Made by a program: the position numbers and the translations under genes
The notes under the pieces: model-generated
What the model was told of the DNA's origin: nothing
The model's input: only the letters and a program-made list of their open reading frames with translations
Databases searched by the model: none
Source of the DNA: an uncultured delta proteobacterium
Lineage (GTDB): Bacteria; Desulfobacterota; RBG-13-43-22
Length of the DNA stretch: 64,000 nucleotides
Assembly: GCA_963843145.1 (NCBI GenBank)
Contig: CAWJJC010000028.1
Location: forward strand, 480,001 to 544,000
Direction of reading: 5' to 3'
Shown: in pieces, positions 21,029 to 30,633 of the stretch
How the letters are laid out: each line of letters opens with the position of its first letter
Numbering within the stretch: the stretch's first letter is position 1

Positions 21029-23548
21029 TCACTTGTTGCGGCCGCAGCATTTCTTATACTTCTTGCCGCTGCCGCAGGTGCAGGGATCGTTACGGCCGAT
21101 CTTCTTGCTGTCCCGTTTTTTGGGGGTGGGGCCTTCATCGCCGCCGTGGCTGAAAAAAACAGGCCGTTCCTGGGGAGCGGTTAAGGCCTCCAGGTCCGCT
21201 TCCCGGGCCAATTGCACGCGCATCAGGTTGGCTACGGTCTGTTCCTTGATCCGTTCAATCAGTTCCACGAACATCTCATAGCCTTCCCGTTGATATTCCC
21301 GGAGGGGGTCCCGTTGTCCATAGCCTCGAAGGCCGATCCCTTCCTTGAGGTGGTCCATGCTCAGCAGATGATCTTTCCAGGCGGTGTCGATGGTTTGGAG
21401 CATGACCATTTGTTCCAGGGAGGCCATGACCTCTGGGCCGATGGCCTCCACCTTTTGCAGATACCGATTCCAGACCTGCTCCTGGACATTCTCCCGAAGT
21501 TCCTCCGCCTCGGGGATCGGCCGGGCGTCGAGATCCAGGTGCAGGTTGAATTGCGAGAAGAGCTTGTCTTTCATGGTCTTTAAGTCCCATTCTTCGGGCG
21601 GGACTTTTTCATCCAGAAAAGCATCCAGGACGGCGTCGACCAGTTCCCGGTTCATTTCCTGGATGGTCTCCCGGAGGTCCTGTCCTTCCAAAACCTTTCG
21701 CCGTTGTTCGTAAATGACTTCTCGCTGTTGATTCATCACATCATCGAAATCCAGCAGGTGTTTTCTGATTTCAAAGTTGTGACCTTCCACCCGGCGTTGG
21801 GCGTTTTCAATGGCCTTGGAGATCAACTGGTGTTCAATGGGTTCACCCTCGGACATGCCCATTTTGTCCATCAGCCCGGCGATGCGGTCGGAGCCGAAGA
21901 TGCGCAGCAGGTCGTCTTCCAGGGAAAGGTAAAAACGGGAACTGCCCGGATCCCCCTGGCGTCCCGATCGGCCGCGCAACTGGTTATCGATGCGCCGGGA
22001 TTCGTGGCGCTCGGTCCCCAAAATATGCAGGCCTCCCAGTGCCGTGACTCCCTCGCCCAGGACAATGTCCGTTCCGCGACCGGCCATGTTGGTCGAAATG
22101 GTCACGGAGGCCTTCTGACCGGCCTGGGAAACGATTTCGGCTTCCAGAGAGTGGTTTTTGGCGTTTAAGACTGAATGCTTGACCCCTTCCCGGGCCATGG
22201 CCCGGGAAAGGCGCTCGGATTTTTCGATGGAAATAGTTCCCACCAGGACGGGTTGTCCCTTGGTATGCAGTTCCTTGATCTCCTCCACCACGGCCTTGAA
22301 TTTTTCTTCTTCATTGCGGTAGATGACGTCGGCATAATCCACCCGAATCATTTTCTGGTGGGTGGGGATGACCATCACTTCTAATTTGTAAATTTTATTG
22401 AATTCCGGGGCTTCGGTATCCGCCGTACCCGTCATGCCGGCCAGTTTTTTGTACATGCGGAAATAATTCTGGAAGGTGATGGTGGCCAGGGTCTGGTTTT
22501 CATTTTCCACCTTCACCCCTTCTTTGGCTTCCAGGGCCTGGTGCAGTCCCTCACTGTAGCGGCGGCCGGGCATCAACCGCCCGGTGAACTCATCCACGAT
22601 GACCACTTCGCCGTCCTTAACGATGTAATCCACATCCAGTTTGAAGAGGGCATGGGCCTTCAGCGCCTGATTCAGATGGTGGACCAGGAGCATGTTCCGG
22701 GGGTCGTAGAGGTTTTCGATTTTCAACATTTTTTCGGCTGTTGCCACGCCGTCCTCGGTCAGCACGGCCGTGCGCGTTTTTTCCTCTACCGTATAATCCC
22801 GCTCCTTTTGCAGTCGGGGGATAATCTGGTTGATCTCGTCGTAGAGGCGGGTGGATCCTTCCGCCGCCCCGGAAATAATCAAGGGGGTCCGGGCCTCATC
22901 AATGAGAATGCTGTCCACTTCGTCGACGATGGCGTAATTGAAGGGACGCTGCACGTAATCGTCCAGGGAAAATTCCATATTGTCGCGCAGGTAATCAAAA
23001 CCGAACTCGTTGTTGGTCCCGTAGGTCACGTCGGCCCCGTAGGCCTTCCGCCGCTGCTCTTTGTCCAAGTCGTGGAGGATAACCCCCACGGAGAGGCCTA
23101 AAAATTGATAAATGTCCCCCATCCAGCGGCTGTCCCGGCGGGCCAGGTAATCATTGACCGTCACCACGTGGGCCCCTTCGCCGGAGAGGGCATTGAGATA
23201 AACCGGCAGAACGGCGGCCAGGGTTTTACCCTCGCCGGTTTTCATCTCGGCAATTTTTCCCTGGTGCAGGACGATCCCGCCGATGACCTGCACGTCAAAG
23301 GGGCGCATCCCCAGCACGCGGACCGAGGCTTCCCGGGCTATGGCAAAGGCGGCGGGGAGCAGATCGTCCAGGGGCGCGCCGTTGGCCAATTGTTGCCTGA
23401 ATTCGAAGGTCTTGGCCCTAAGTTGGGCGTCTCCCAGCTTTCGGATCTCCGGTTCCAGGTCATTGATTTGATCGACGAGGGGCGCCAGACGGCTTAACTC
23501 GCGGTCGTTTTTGGTGCCCACGATTTTCTTGATGATAGAGCCAAGCAT
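21029..23548 (-). CDS. secA: Preprotein translocase subunit SecA
   Basis: [41 protein letters not shown]-terminal SEC-C motif [19 protein letters not shown]. Confidence 0.99.
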   Translation of the reverse strand: MLGSIIKKIVGTKNDRELSRLAPLVDQINDLEPEIRKLGDAQLRAKTFEFRQQLANGAPLDDLLPAAFAIAREASVRVLGMRPFDVQVIGGIVLHQGKIAEMKTGEGKTLAAVLPVYLNALSGEGAHVVTVNDYLARRDSRWMGDIYQFLGLSVGVILHDLDKEQRRKAYGADVTYGTNNEFGFDYLRDNMEFSLDDYVQRPFNYAIVDEVDSILIDEARTPLIISGAAEGSTRLYDEINQIIPRLQKERDYTVEEKTRTAVLTEDGVATAEKMLKIENLYDPRNMLLVHHLNQALKAHALFKLDVDYIVKDGEVVIVDEFTGRLMPGRRYSEGLHQALEAKEGVKVENENQTLATITFQNYFRMYKKLAGMTGTADTEAPEFNKIYKLEVMVIPTHQKMIRVDYADVIYRNEEEKFKAVVEEIKELHTKGQPVLVGTISIEKSERLSRAMAREGVKHSVLNAKNHSLEAEIVSQAGQKASVTISTNMAGRGTDIVLGEGVTALGGLHILGTERHESRRIDNQLRGRSGRQGDPGSSRFYLSLEDDLLRIFGSDRIAGLMDKMGMSEGEPIEHQLISKAIENAQRRVEGHNFEIRKHLLDFDDVMNQQREVIYEQRRKVLEGQDLRETIQEMNRELVDAVLDAFLDEKVPPEEWDLKTMKDKLFSQFNLHLDLDARPIPEAEELRENVQEQVWNRYLQKVEAIGPEVMASLEQMVMLQTIDTAWKDHLLSMDHLKEGIGLRGYGQRDPLREYQREGYEMFVELIERIKEQTVANLMRVQLAREADLEALTAPQERPVFFSHGGDEGPTPKKRDSKKIGRNDPCTCGSGKKYKKCCGRNK

Positions 23549-23560
23549 AAGATAACCTTT

Positions 23561-24016
23561 TCAGACTTCCAAGAGTACCGCGATTTCATCGCAGGAGGGA
23601 AATTTTACACACTGGAGGCAGTCGGCCCAAATCTTATGGGGCAGCAGACTCTTGTCGACCACTTTAAAACCCAGCCGGGTGAAAAAGGATACCCGGTAGG
23701 TCAGGGCAAATATCTTATACACGCCCAGGGTAATGGCTTCGGAGACGCAGGCTTCCACCAACCGCGACCCGGCGCCTTGGCCGGCGTAGTTCTCATCCAC
23801 CGCCAGGGATTTGATCTCCGCCAGATCTTCCCAGCATAAGTGGAGGGCGCAATTTCCCCGAGGCTGGTCCCCCCCATCCGGAACATAAACGTAATAATCG
23901 CGAAGGTAACTGTACAGCTCGCTGAGCGAGCGGGGCAGGAGTTGTCCCCGAAGACCGTAATGTTCCAGCAGCTTCTGGATCGGCTTCACATCCTTCATGA
24001 TGGCCTTCCGGATCAT
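23561..24016 (-). CDS. GNAT N-acetyltransferase, short ArgA-like N-acetylglutamate synthase
   Basis: LAEIKSLAV...GQGAG, LPHKIWADC..C.KFP.CDE; located in the argS-argJ operon. Confidence 0.85.
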   Translation of the reverse strand: MIRKAIMKDVKPIQKLLEHYGLRGQLLPRSLSELYSYLRDYYVYVPDGGDQPRGNCALHLCWEDLAEIKSLAVDENYAGQGAGSRLVEACVSEAITLGVYKIFALTYRVSFFTRLGFKVVDKSLLPHKIWADCLQCVKFPSCDEIAVLLEV

Positions 24017-24031
24017 GGTCTCCCGCCCCCG

Positions 24032-24874
24032 TTAATTCTTATACCCAACGATAATGGACTGGAAACCGTCGTGTGCCAATCGCTTGGCCATTTTTTCCGA
24101 CTCCTCCCGGCTCTTGAAGGGACCGATCCGCACCCGGTACCACAGGCCGCCTTTGGCGGGAAGGTTTTTAACAATTATCTGGGCCTGATAGCCTTTCCCG
24201 GACAACCGTTGGATCACGGTCTGGGCTGTCGCTTCTTCGCGATAGGCTCCTAATTGCAGAACGAAGTCCCCGGTCGGCGCCGCCGCGGTCTTGGGCGGCT
24301 CGGCTATCTTCTTCTCCGCTGGGGCCGGCGTTTTGCCCAGAACCGGTTCCGCAGGTTTAGGGGCGGCGGCTTTGGGCGTCTCCGATATCTTTTTTCCCAG
24401 GGGGTGGAGCGCCGGTGCCTGGCTTCCCGCCGTTGGCGCAGGCTTGATCGCCGGCGGGTGCGTTTCCAGCGCTTTCGGCGCCTCCGCTGAGGCTTTGGTT
24501 TCCTGTGGAGAAGTGGTGGTCGGGGGAAGGGTAGGCTGGGGCACCTTCATGACCAGGGGTTCCTGGGTTTTTTTGGAGAGGTGATCGTAAAAATCCAGTT
24601 GCGGTTTCAAAATTGGGTCGGAAGCAGTGGTTTTCCCCTGCTCGACTCCCAAGTATTTATCCATCAGGCTCTTTTTTTCCTGCTGGAGTTTCTGAATCTG
24701 GGTCTTCATGGCCGAGGTGATTGTGTCGGCCACGATCCCCCGGCCGACGATAATGCCCAGGATAAACACCCAGGCTAGTACAAACAAAACCGCGGCGATG
24801 CTGACCAGCAACTGGGTCCGACTCATCTCAATAAAAAAGCGCTTTCGGCGGTTATAGGGTTGTGGTTGGGCCAT
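24032..24874 (-). CDS. SPOR-domain cell division protein (FtsN/DedD-like)
   Basis: One TM helix, a Pro/Ala linker, and the C-terminal LQLGAY...WYRVRIGPF SPOR domain; follows argS. Confidence 0.9.
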   Translation of the reverse strand: MAQPQPYNRRKRFFIEMSRTQLLVSIAAVLFVLAWVFILGIIVGRGIVADTITSAMKTQIQKLQQEKKSLMDKYLGVEQGKTTASDPILKPQLDFYDHLSKKTQEPLVMKVPQPTLPPTTTSPQETKASAEAPKALETHPPAIKPAPTAGSQAPALHPLGKKISETPKAAAPKPAEPVLGKTPAPAEKKIAEPPKTAAAPTGDFVLQLGAYREEATAQTVIQRLSGKGYQAQIIVKNLPAKGGLWYRVRIGPFKSREESEKMAKRLAHDGFQSIIVGYKN

Positions 24875-24928
24875 AATCGGTTTTTCTCCTAAGAGGATAG
24901 CGCAGATGGAAAGTACGCGCGATTTTCG

Positions 24929-26578
24929 CTACATTTTATCAGGGGCTTCCACTCCCAAGATCAACAGGGCGTTTTTTATTACCAAGCCGGTGGCTTTGGC
25001 CAACAGGAGTCGGGCCTGGGTCAATTCCTGGTCATCGCTGATAAACCGCTGATGGTTGTAATACTGGTGAAACATCCCGGCCAGTTCACCTAGATAGGCG
25101 GTCAGGCGGTGGGGTTCCAGGTTCATGGCGGCCTGAAAAATGATCTCCGGGTATTCGGTCAACTGTTTGCAGAGCCCCCGTTCTTCCGGCAGGTCCAGCC
25201 GGTGCAGGCTGTTGAAGCCCAGCGGGTTGCTGTCCAGACCTTGCGACTCAGCGACCCGCAGCACGCTTTGGACCCGGGCATGAGCATACTGAACGTAATA
25301 GACCGGGTTTTCCAGGCCTTGTTTCTTGGCCACTTCCAGGTCAAAATCCAAAGGGCTGTCGGACCGGCGCGTTAAGAAGATGTAGCGGGCGGCGTTTTTG
25401 CCCACTTCGTCGATGACCTCCCGCAAGGTGACAAATTCCCCGGCCCGGGTGGACATGGCCACCGGTTTGCCCTCCCGCAGGAGATTGACCAGTTGAACCA
25501 GGACCACGGTCAAACGCTCGGGATCGATCTGTCGGCTTTTTAAGGCGGCCTTGATCCGGGGTACATACCCGTGGTGATCCGCCCCCCAGATATCGATGAC
25601 CCGGTCGAAGCCCCGGTCGAACTTCTGGAGGTGATAGGTGATGTCCGAGGCGAAGTAGGTTTTGGCCCCATTGGAGCGGACCACGACCCGATCTTTTTCG
25701 TCTCCGAAGGCGCTACTTTTGAACCACAAGGCGCCCTCTTCCTGGTAAAACAAACCTCGGTCCCGCATCTCCCGGATCAGCTCATCGACCAAACCTTGGG
25801 TATAGAGACTTTCCTCGCTGAACCAGCAGTCGAAAGGGATCCCAAAGCGGTCCAGGTCTTCTTTAATCCCGGCCAGGATTTTTTCCCGGCCTTGCTGAGA
25901 AAAAAAAGTCAGATCCGCTTGGGTCCATTCTTTGTTTTCCTGGATAATTTCCCGGGCGATTTCTTTAATATACTCCCCCTGATAACCGTTTTCTGGAAAT
26001 TCCACCGGCTCCCCGTTCAATTCCCGGGCCCGGGTCTGGATGGAACGGCCCAGGGTCTCCATCTGGGTGCCCACGTCGTTCAGGTAATATTCGGTCTCCA
26101 CCGCGTGTCCGGTGGCCCTCAAGAGGTTGGCCAAGGCCCCGCCCAGGGCCGCACCCCGGCCGTGGCCGATATGCAGGGGGCCGGTGGGATTGGCGCTCAC
26201 GAATTCCACCTGAATCTTTTGTCCCGCACCCCAAGCGGCCTGGCCAAAAGAGGCTCCGTCCCGGATAATGAGCGGCAGGGTTTCCTGGAAGGCCTGATCC
26301 TTCAGGTAGAAATTAATAAATCCGGGTTTGGCCACCTCCACCCGGTCCAGCCAGGTCAGGTTGTCAGGGATTTGCCGGACAAGTTCCTCAGCGATTTGCA
26401 AAGGCGATCGCTTCATTACCTTGGCCAAACCCATGGCCACATTGGTGGCATAATCGCCATATTGCGCATTTTTGGGTATGGAAAAAAGCACCGGAACGGT
26501 TTCCAGGGACTCCGGGCCTCCTGGACCGCCGATCTGTTTTAAGGCGTTCCGGATCAGTTCAACCAGTTGCTCACGCAA
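24929..26578 (-). CDS. argS: Arginine--tRNA ligase
   Basis: VEFVSANPTGPLHIGHGRGA, WGADHHGY, MSTRAG, YYVQYAHAR. Confidence 0.99.
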   Translation of the reverse strand: MREQLVELIRNALKQIGGPGGPESLETVPVLFSIPKNAQYGDYATNVAMGLAKVMKRSPLQIAEELVRQIPDNLTWLDRVEVAKPGFINFYLKDQAFQETLPLIIRDGASFGQAAWGAGQKIQVEFVSANPTGPLHIGHGRGAALGGALANLLRATGHAVETEYYLNDVGTQMETLGRSIQTRARELNGEPVEFPENGYQGEYIKEIAREIIQENKEWTQADLTFFSQQGREKILAGIKEDLDRFGIPFDCWFSEESLYTQGLVDELIREMRDRGLFYQEEGALWFKSSAFGDEKDRVVVRSNGAKTYFASDITYHLQKFDRGFDRVIDIWGADHHGYVPRIKAALKSRQIDPERLTVVLVQLVNLLREGKPVAMSTRAGEFVTLREVIDEVGKNAARYIFLTRRSDSPLDFDLEVAKKQGLENPVYYVQYAHARVQSVLRVAESQGLDSNPLGFNSLHRLDLPEERGLCKQLTEYPEIIFQAAMNLEPHRLTAYLGELAGMFHQYYNHQRFISDDQELTQARLLLAKATGLVIKNALLILGVEAPDKM

Positions 26579-26874
26579 AATAATACCTTCTCCTTACGTC
26601 TAATATTCCTCACCCCTCTTTTCCTATGGGAGGGATTTTTGAAGAATTTGAAAAGACTAAAATGCTATAAAACATTTAGTTTAACTATTTTAGCCCTTTT
26701 AGTCAATTCCTTATAGGATTGAACTGTGATTCTATAATTTTCAGTCGATATTTTCTCCCGTTGACAGGCGAAACCAGATATGCTATTTGATCGCTATCCA
26801 TTTAATTTAATTAAAAGAGTGACCCCCCTGAGGGTCCACCGCCCAGTGGATTAAAGATTAAATGGGGCCAACCT

Positions 26875-27567
26875 ATGGTTGAAGAACTGGAATGGCAGAC
26901 CCGAAGAGATCGAATCAATAAAAGCTGGTTTACGGAGAATCCCATTAACATTGAGCGATTGCGGATTTATCAGCGGGAGGCTATCCAGGCCACCGAATCC
27001 GCAATCGCCAAAGGAAAAAGGGCCTTGCTTCTGGCCATGGCCACCGGGACCGGAAAAACCTTTCTCACGGTGGCCCAAATCTACCGCCTCCTGGAATCCA
27101 AAGCTTTTCGCCGTATTCTCTTTCTGGTTGATCGAAGAGCTTTGGCCGCCCAGGCCGTCCGGGAATTCGCTTCCTTCAAGGCCCCTAAAGGCAACAAATT
27201 CAGTCAGGAATATGAGGTCTTTAGTCAAAAATTCCGGCGTGAGGACTTTGAAGACGACAAACCTTTTGATCCCGGGAAAAAGAACGGGGCCAATGAGGTC
27301 ATCCAAACCCGTGTCGTCTCGGTGGGCCTGATGAATAAGACACAAGTCCATCCCCGGGAGGTCTTTGCCGACCCAATAACCGATCGGGCCTCGGCGGTCA
27401 TCGTCGCTCACAATCATCCGGCCGGCGGAACATCCCCCAGTCAGGAGGATAGGAAAGTGACCCAACAACTGAAAGCCGCGGGAGAGACACTCGGTATTCG
27501 CCTTCTGGATCATATTATTTTTGACCAAAAGGGCTATTAAAGCTTTCTGGGAAAAGGGGAGATCTAA
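26875..27567 (+). pseudogene. In-frame chimera of a type I restriction HsdR fragment and a RadC JAB domain, with a premature stop
   Basis: YQREAI...MATGTGKT...ILFLVDRRAL is fused to VHPREVF...AHNHPAG..PSQED...LLDHII. TAA at 27538 is followed in frame by SFLGKGEI*, the usual RadC tail. Confidence 0.75.
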
Positions 27568-28205
27568 AAGTCGGTTTTTGCTTCTTCATCCAAAACGGCT
27601 CGGATGGATTCGGCGGAAATCCGGCCTATCCCCTCCACGCGCATCAATTCGCTAATGGTGGCGTTCATAATTTTGGCAATGGAACCAAAATGCTCCAGCA
27701 GCCTCTTCGCCATAGTGGGCCCCACTTGGGGAAATCCTTGGAGGATGTATAATTGCCTCGATTTCAGCCTTTTCGGCCGATAGCCTCCGCGTAGAGGAAC
27801 TACGTCCTGGCCGCTTTCCTCCTGTCCTCCCAGCATTAGAAAAATATCCCTGGTCTCTTCTTTGGAGTTGGAGAAGATGACGGGAACATACCAGATTGCC
27901 TTGGTGGATAAAAGGGCCCCCTTGATCGCCTGAGGATCAAAAGCCAGGTCAGTTTTATAGGGATTGCCCTCGATCAGCAGCAGGGGGCGTGAACAATATT
28001 TTTTCAGGTTGGAGAGCTGTTTGAACAAACGATCGTCAATAATGGAAATCAGAAAATCTCTGGCCGTCTTTCTTTCGATGGTGATCGCTTCATTGATAAT
28101 ATAATCGCCACAGCGAAGCTTTCCAATTTCAAGGCTAAGCTCCGCTTGCTGGAGCAGATCGACCAGCCCGGAAGCCCGTTCACGAAAATCCATTCGAATC
28201 TTCAT
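27564..28205 (-). CDS. ERCC4/XPF-family nuclease with tandem HhH motifs
   Basis: DFRE, GDY, IERKT..DF..SI.DDRLFKQ, LLIEG, PQVGP..AKRLL, VEGIG. Confidence 0.9.
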   Translation of the reverse strand: MKIRMDFRERASGLVDLLQQAELSLEIGKLRCGDYIINEAITIERKTARDFLISIIDDRLFKQLSNLKKYCSRPLLLIEGNPYKTDLAFDPQAIKGALLSTKAIWYVPVIFSNSKEETRDIFLMLGGQEESGQDVVPLRGGYRPKRLKSRQLYILQGFPQVGPTMAKRLLEHFGSIAKIMNATISELMRVEGIGRISAESIRAVLDEEAKTDF

Positions 28206-28283
28206 TATTATTATGGAAAGCAAGATTAAGGCCAACCTCCCTTCCTCGCGCCGGATGACCGGGCAAGGATGAAAATTCAAGTT

Positions 28284-28401
28284 CCCCTACCTCTCAATCG
28301 TTCGACTGAGCAGTTCGGCCCTGAGCCTTTTCGACAAGCTCAAGGCCCTGAGTTCAAAGCCGAAGGGCTCACGACGAAGTCCCCTCCCACCAGGGGAGAG
28401 G
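28284..28401. repeat. Composite, nested REP-like palindromes
   Basis: ttcgacaagctca-type hairpins sit inside a cccct...cccctcccaccaggggagagg element. Confidence 0.5.
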
Positions 28402-28650
28402 AAGACCAAGGATTTATGGGTGTATTGTGAGTCCTTTTGGCTTGATAGTTTTCAGAGTAGGCTTATCCCGCCTATAATAGGATGCCAAAACAAGTGAACT
28501 TTATGCTCACCAGAGTGATCAGTCTGTTTCCGATTTCTTCTGTTCCCGTTACTTTCTTAGCCATTTAATCGTTTTTTGTTGTGGTCTGCTTTTTGAAATA
28601 GAAAAGAGAAAACCAGGGCCTGGGGGCCCACTAAAGAAAGGAGAGCAGGC

Positions 28651-28842
28651 ATGGCGATTTATGATTTGATCTGGAAAGAAGGGGAGGACAAAAGCGGAAA
28701 GGCCCGTTGGTCGAAAGTTGGAATCCTGATGGAAAAAGGGGACGGTAAAAAGTCGGTCAAGCTGACTACCCTTCCGGTAGGGAACTGGGACGGCTGGCTG
28801 GTGGTGTCGGAAAGGAAGGAGAGGGACGATCCGCACTTTTAA
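28651..28842 (+). CDS. 63-aa hypothetical protein with an acidic-Phe C-terminus
   Basis: RBS AAGGAG; beta-strand pattern WSKVG...VKL..LP...WDGWLVV; ends DDPHF. Confidence 0.75.
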   Translation: MAIYDLIWKEGEDKSGKARWSKVGILMEKGDGKKSVKLTTLPVGNWDGWLVVSERKERDDPHF

Positions 28843-28864
28843 TCGACCGTTATCGTCGGGAAAT

Positions 28865-28900
28865 GGAGCGCCCCTGCACCTTTTCCGGATGGGGGCGCTC
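28865..28900 (+). terminator. GC-rich hairpin after the 63-aa gene
   Basis: ggagcgcccc ... ggggcgctcc; no clear U-tract. Confidence 0.45.
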
Positions 28901-28954
28901 CGGCAGGTGTCCATGGGCCGGTAGGGACTGGTGAAACGGTTAATGAAGAAGACG

Positions 28955-29435
28955 AACATCGAACATCGAACGTCCAACATCGAACATCGAATGGTTGGTG
29001 GGAAGAGATGAATGAACGGACTTATGATCTGGAGGAAAGGCTGCTCGAGTACTCGGTCAGAATCATAAAAATCGTTGGAAGGCTTCCAAATAATAGGACA
29101 ATCAGCCATATCGCGGGCCAATTGTTAAGATCCGGAACTGCACCATACCCAAACCACGGTGAGGCCCAGGCAGCGGAGTCCCCAAGGGATTTTATCCATA
29201 AGCTTCGTATTTCATTAAAGGAACTTCGGGAGACCCAGAGATGGTTAAAACTTGTTCAGCGGCTACCTCTCATCAAAAGCCCTGAACTACTAAATGCTAT
29301 TCTGGAGGAAACAGAAGAGTTAATCAGGATTTTCGTTGCGAGTATCAAAACGGCTGAAAAGGGACAGAAATAGGTGTCTGGTATTGGATTTTGTTTCATT
29401 CGATGTTGGATGTTGGACGTTCGATGTTCAATGTT
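28955..29435. repeat. Inverted arrays of AACATCG heptamers flanking the four-helix-bundle gene
   Basis: The left arm (28955-28993) and right arm (29397-29435) are reverse complements over 39 bp with 2 mismatches. Confidence 0.9.
29008..29373 (+). CDS. Four-helix-bundle protein (TIGR02436 / 23S rRNA IVP / Avd-like)
   Basis: QLLRSGT...N.GEAQAAES.RDFIHKL.ISLKELRET.RWL. Confidence 0.92.
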   Translation: MNERTYDLEERLLEYSVRIIKIVGRLPNNRTISHIAGQLLRSGTAPYPNHGEAQAAESPRDFIHKLRISLKELRETQRWLKLVQRLPLIKSPELLNAILEETEELIRIFVASIKTAEKGQK

Positions 29436-29441
29436 CAAAGT

Positions 29442-30605
29442 CTATTTTTCAGAATCCCTCTTCGAAGCCTTATAAATTCTGGGATTCAGGCGGCCGAGCA
29501 GGCAGAATAATTCGTAAGAGATCGTTCCGGCGCGCCGGGCTAGATTATCGGCCTCCAAGATGTTTCCTCCCTGGCGGCCCAGGAGGACCGCTTCTTCCCC
29601 TACCTGCCAATCTTCATGGGGATCAAGCTTGACGATGGTTAAATTCATGCATATCCGGCCGATTACCGGGAACCGGCGGCCGCGAATGAGGACCTCGGCC
29701 TGGTTGGATAAATGACGGGGATACCCGTTGGCGTACCCGACCGGCAAAATGGCCACCGTCTCCGGCCGGGTGGTCACGTAGGTACTCCCATAACTCACGC
29801 CCATTTTGGGCGGTAATTTTTTAACCTGGATGATCCGCGTCTTGAAGGTCATCACCGGCTGCAGGCCCAGGTCGCGGGTCAGTTGCGGATCGCCGGACGG
29901 GCTGCCGCCATAGAGTCCAATGCCCGGCCGGATGAAATGGAGTTGGGCCGGTGGGCTAAAGAGGGCGGCGGCGCTGTTGGCGGCATGATTGGCGGTCAAG
30001 CGTAGCCCTGCTTCCCGGGCCGTCTCCAGGGCCGCCTGATACCGCTGCCATTGGAGGCGATTATAGGGATGCCCTTTTTCGTCGGCCCGGGCAAAATGAG
30101 AGGTCAGGCCGCTGATCTTCACGTTCTTCAGGCGCCGGGTTTCGGCTAAAAAAGCAGGGAGTTCGGTCCAGAGAACCCCCAATCGTCCCATGCCGGTATC
30201 GACCTTCAGGTGGACCCGGGCCGTGATTTTCCTCCGTCGGGCTTCCCGATTGAGTTCCCGGGCGACCGCCAGGGTGTAAACCACCGGGGTGAGGCGGTGA
30301 TCCAGGCACAGGCCGCACTCTTCCTCCCGGGGACCCAGCAGGATGATGACCGGCGCGGAAGGGCTGACTTTCTTGCGGATCTGAAGTCCTTCCTCCACCG
30401 AAGCCACGCCCAGGGCCGCTGCTTTTAACCGGACTAATTCCTTGCCCACGCGGGTCAGGCCATGACCGTAGGCGTCGGCTTTGACCACGGCCATGATGTC
30501 TGTTTTCAGAGATACACGCCGCCGGATGACCTCAAGATTATGGCCGAGCGAGCTCAGGTCAATTTCAATCCAACCGGTCAGCGAAGGTTTTGAGTTAGAT
30601 TTCAT
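29442..30605 (-). CDS. alr: Alanine racemase
   Basis: AVVKADAYGHG, HLKVDTGMGRLG, RPGIGLYG, GRICM, GTISYE. Confidence 0.97.
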   Translation of the reverse strand: MKSNSKPSLTGWIEIDLSSLGHNLEVIRRRVSLKTDIMAVVKADAYGHGLTRVGKELVRLKAAALGVASVEEGLQIRKKVSPSAPVIILLGPREEECGLCLDHRLTPVVYTLAVARELNREARRRKITARVHLKVDTGMGRLGVLWTELPAFLAETRRLKNVKISGLTSHFARADEKGHPYNRLQWQRYQAALETAREAGLRLTANHAANSAAALFSPPAQLHFIRPGIGLYGGSPSGDPQLTRDLGLQPVMTFKTRIIQVKKLPPKMGVSYGSTYVTTRPETVAILPVGYANGYPRHLSNQAEVLIRGRRFPVIGRICMNLTIVKLDPHEDWQVGEEAVLLGRQGGNILEADNLARRAGTISYELFCLLGRLNPRIYKASKRDSEK

Positions 30606-30633
30606 GTCATTCTTTTCCCTGAGCGAATAATGC

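Noticed and set aside
28955-29435. Heptamer arrays as a CRISPR array or DGR
   Set aside because: No unique spacers, cas genes, reverse transcriptase or TR/VR pair in the window.
28549-29438. ORFs 28549-29121(-) and 29256-29438(-), and likewise 20833-21015, 40840-41052, 55525-55725 and 58277-58750
   Set aside because: They are translations of repeats or antisense frames of real genes.
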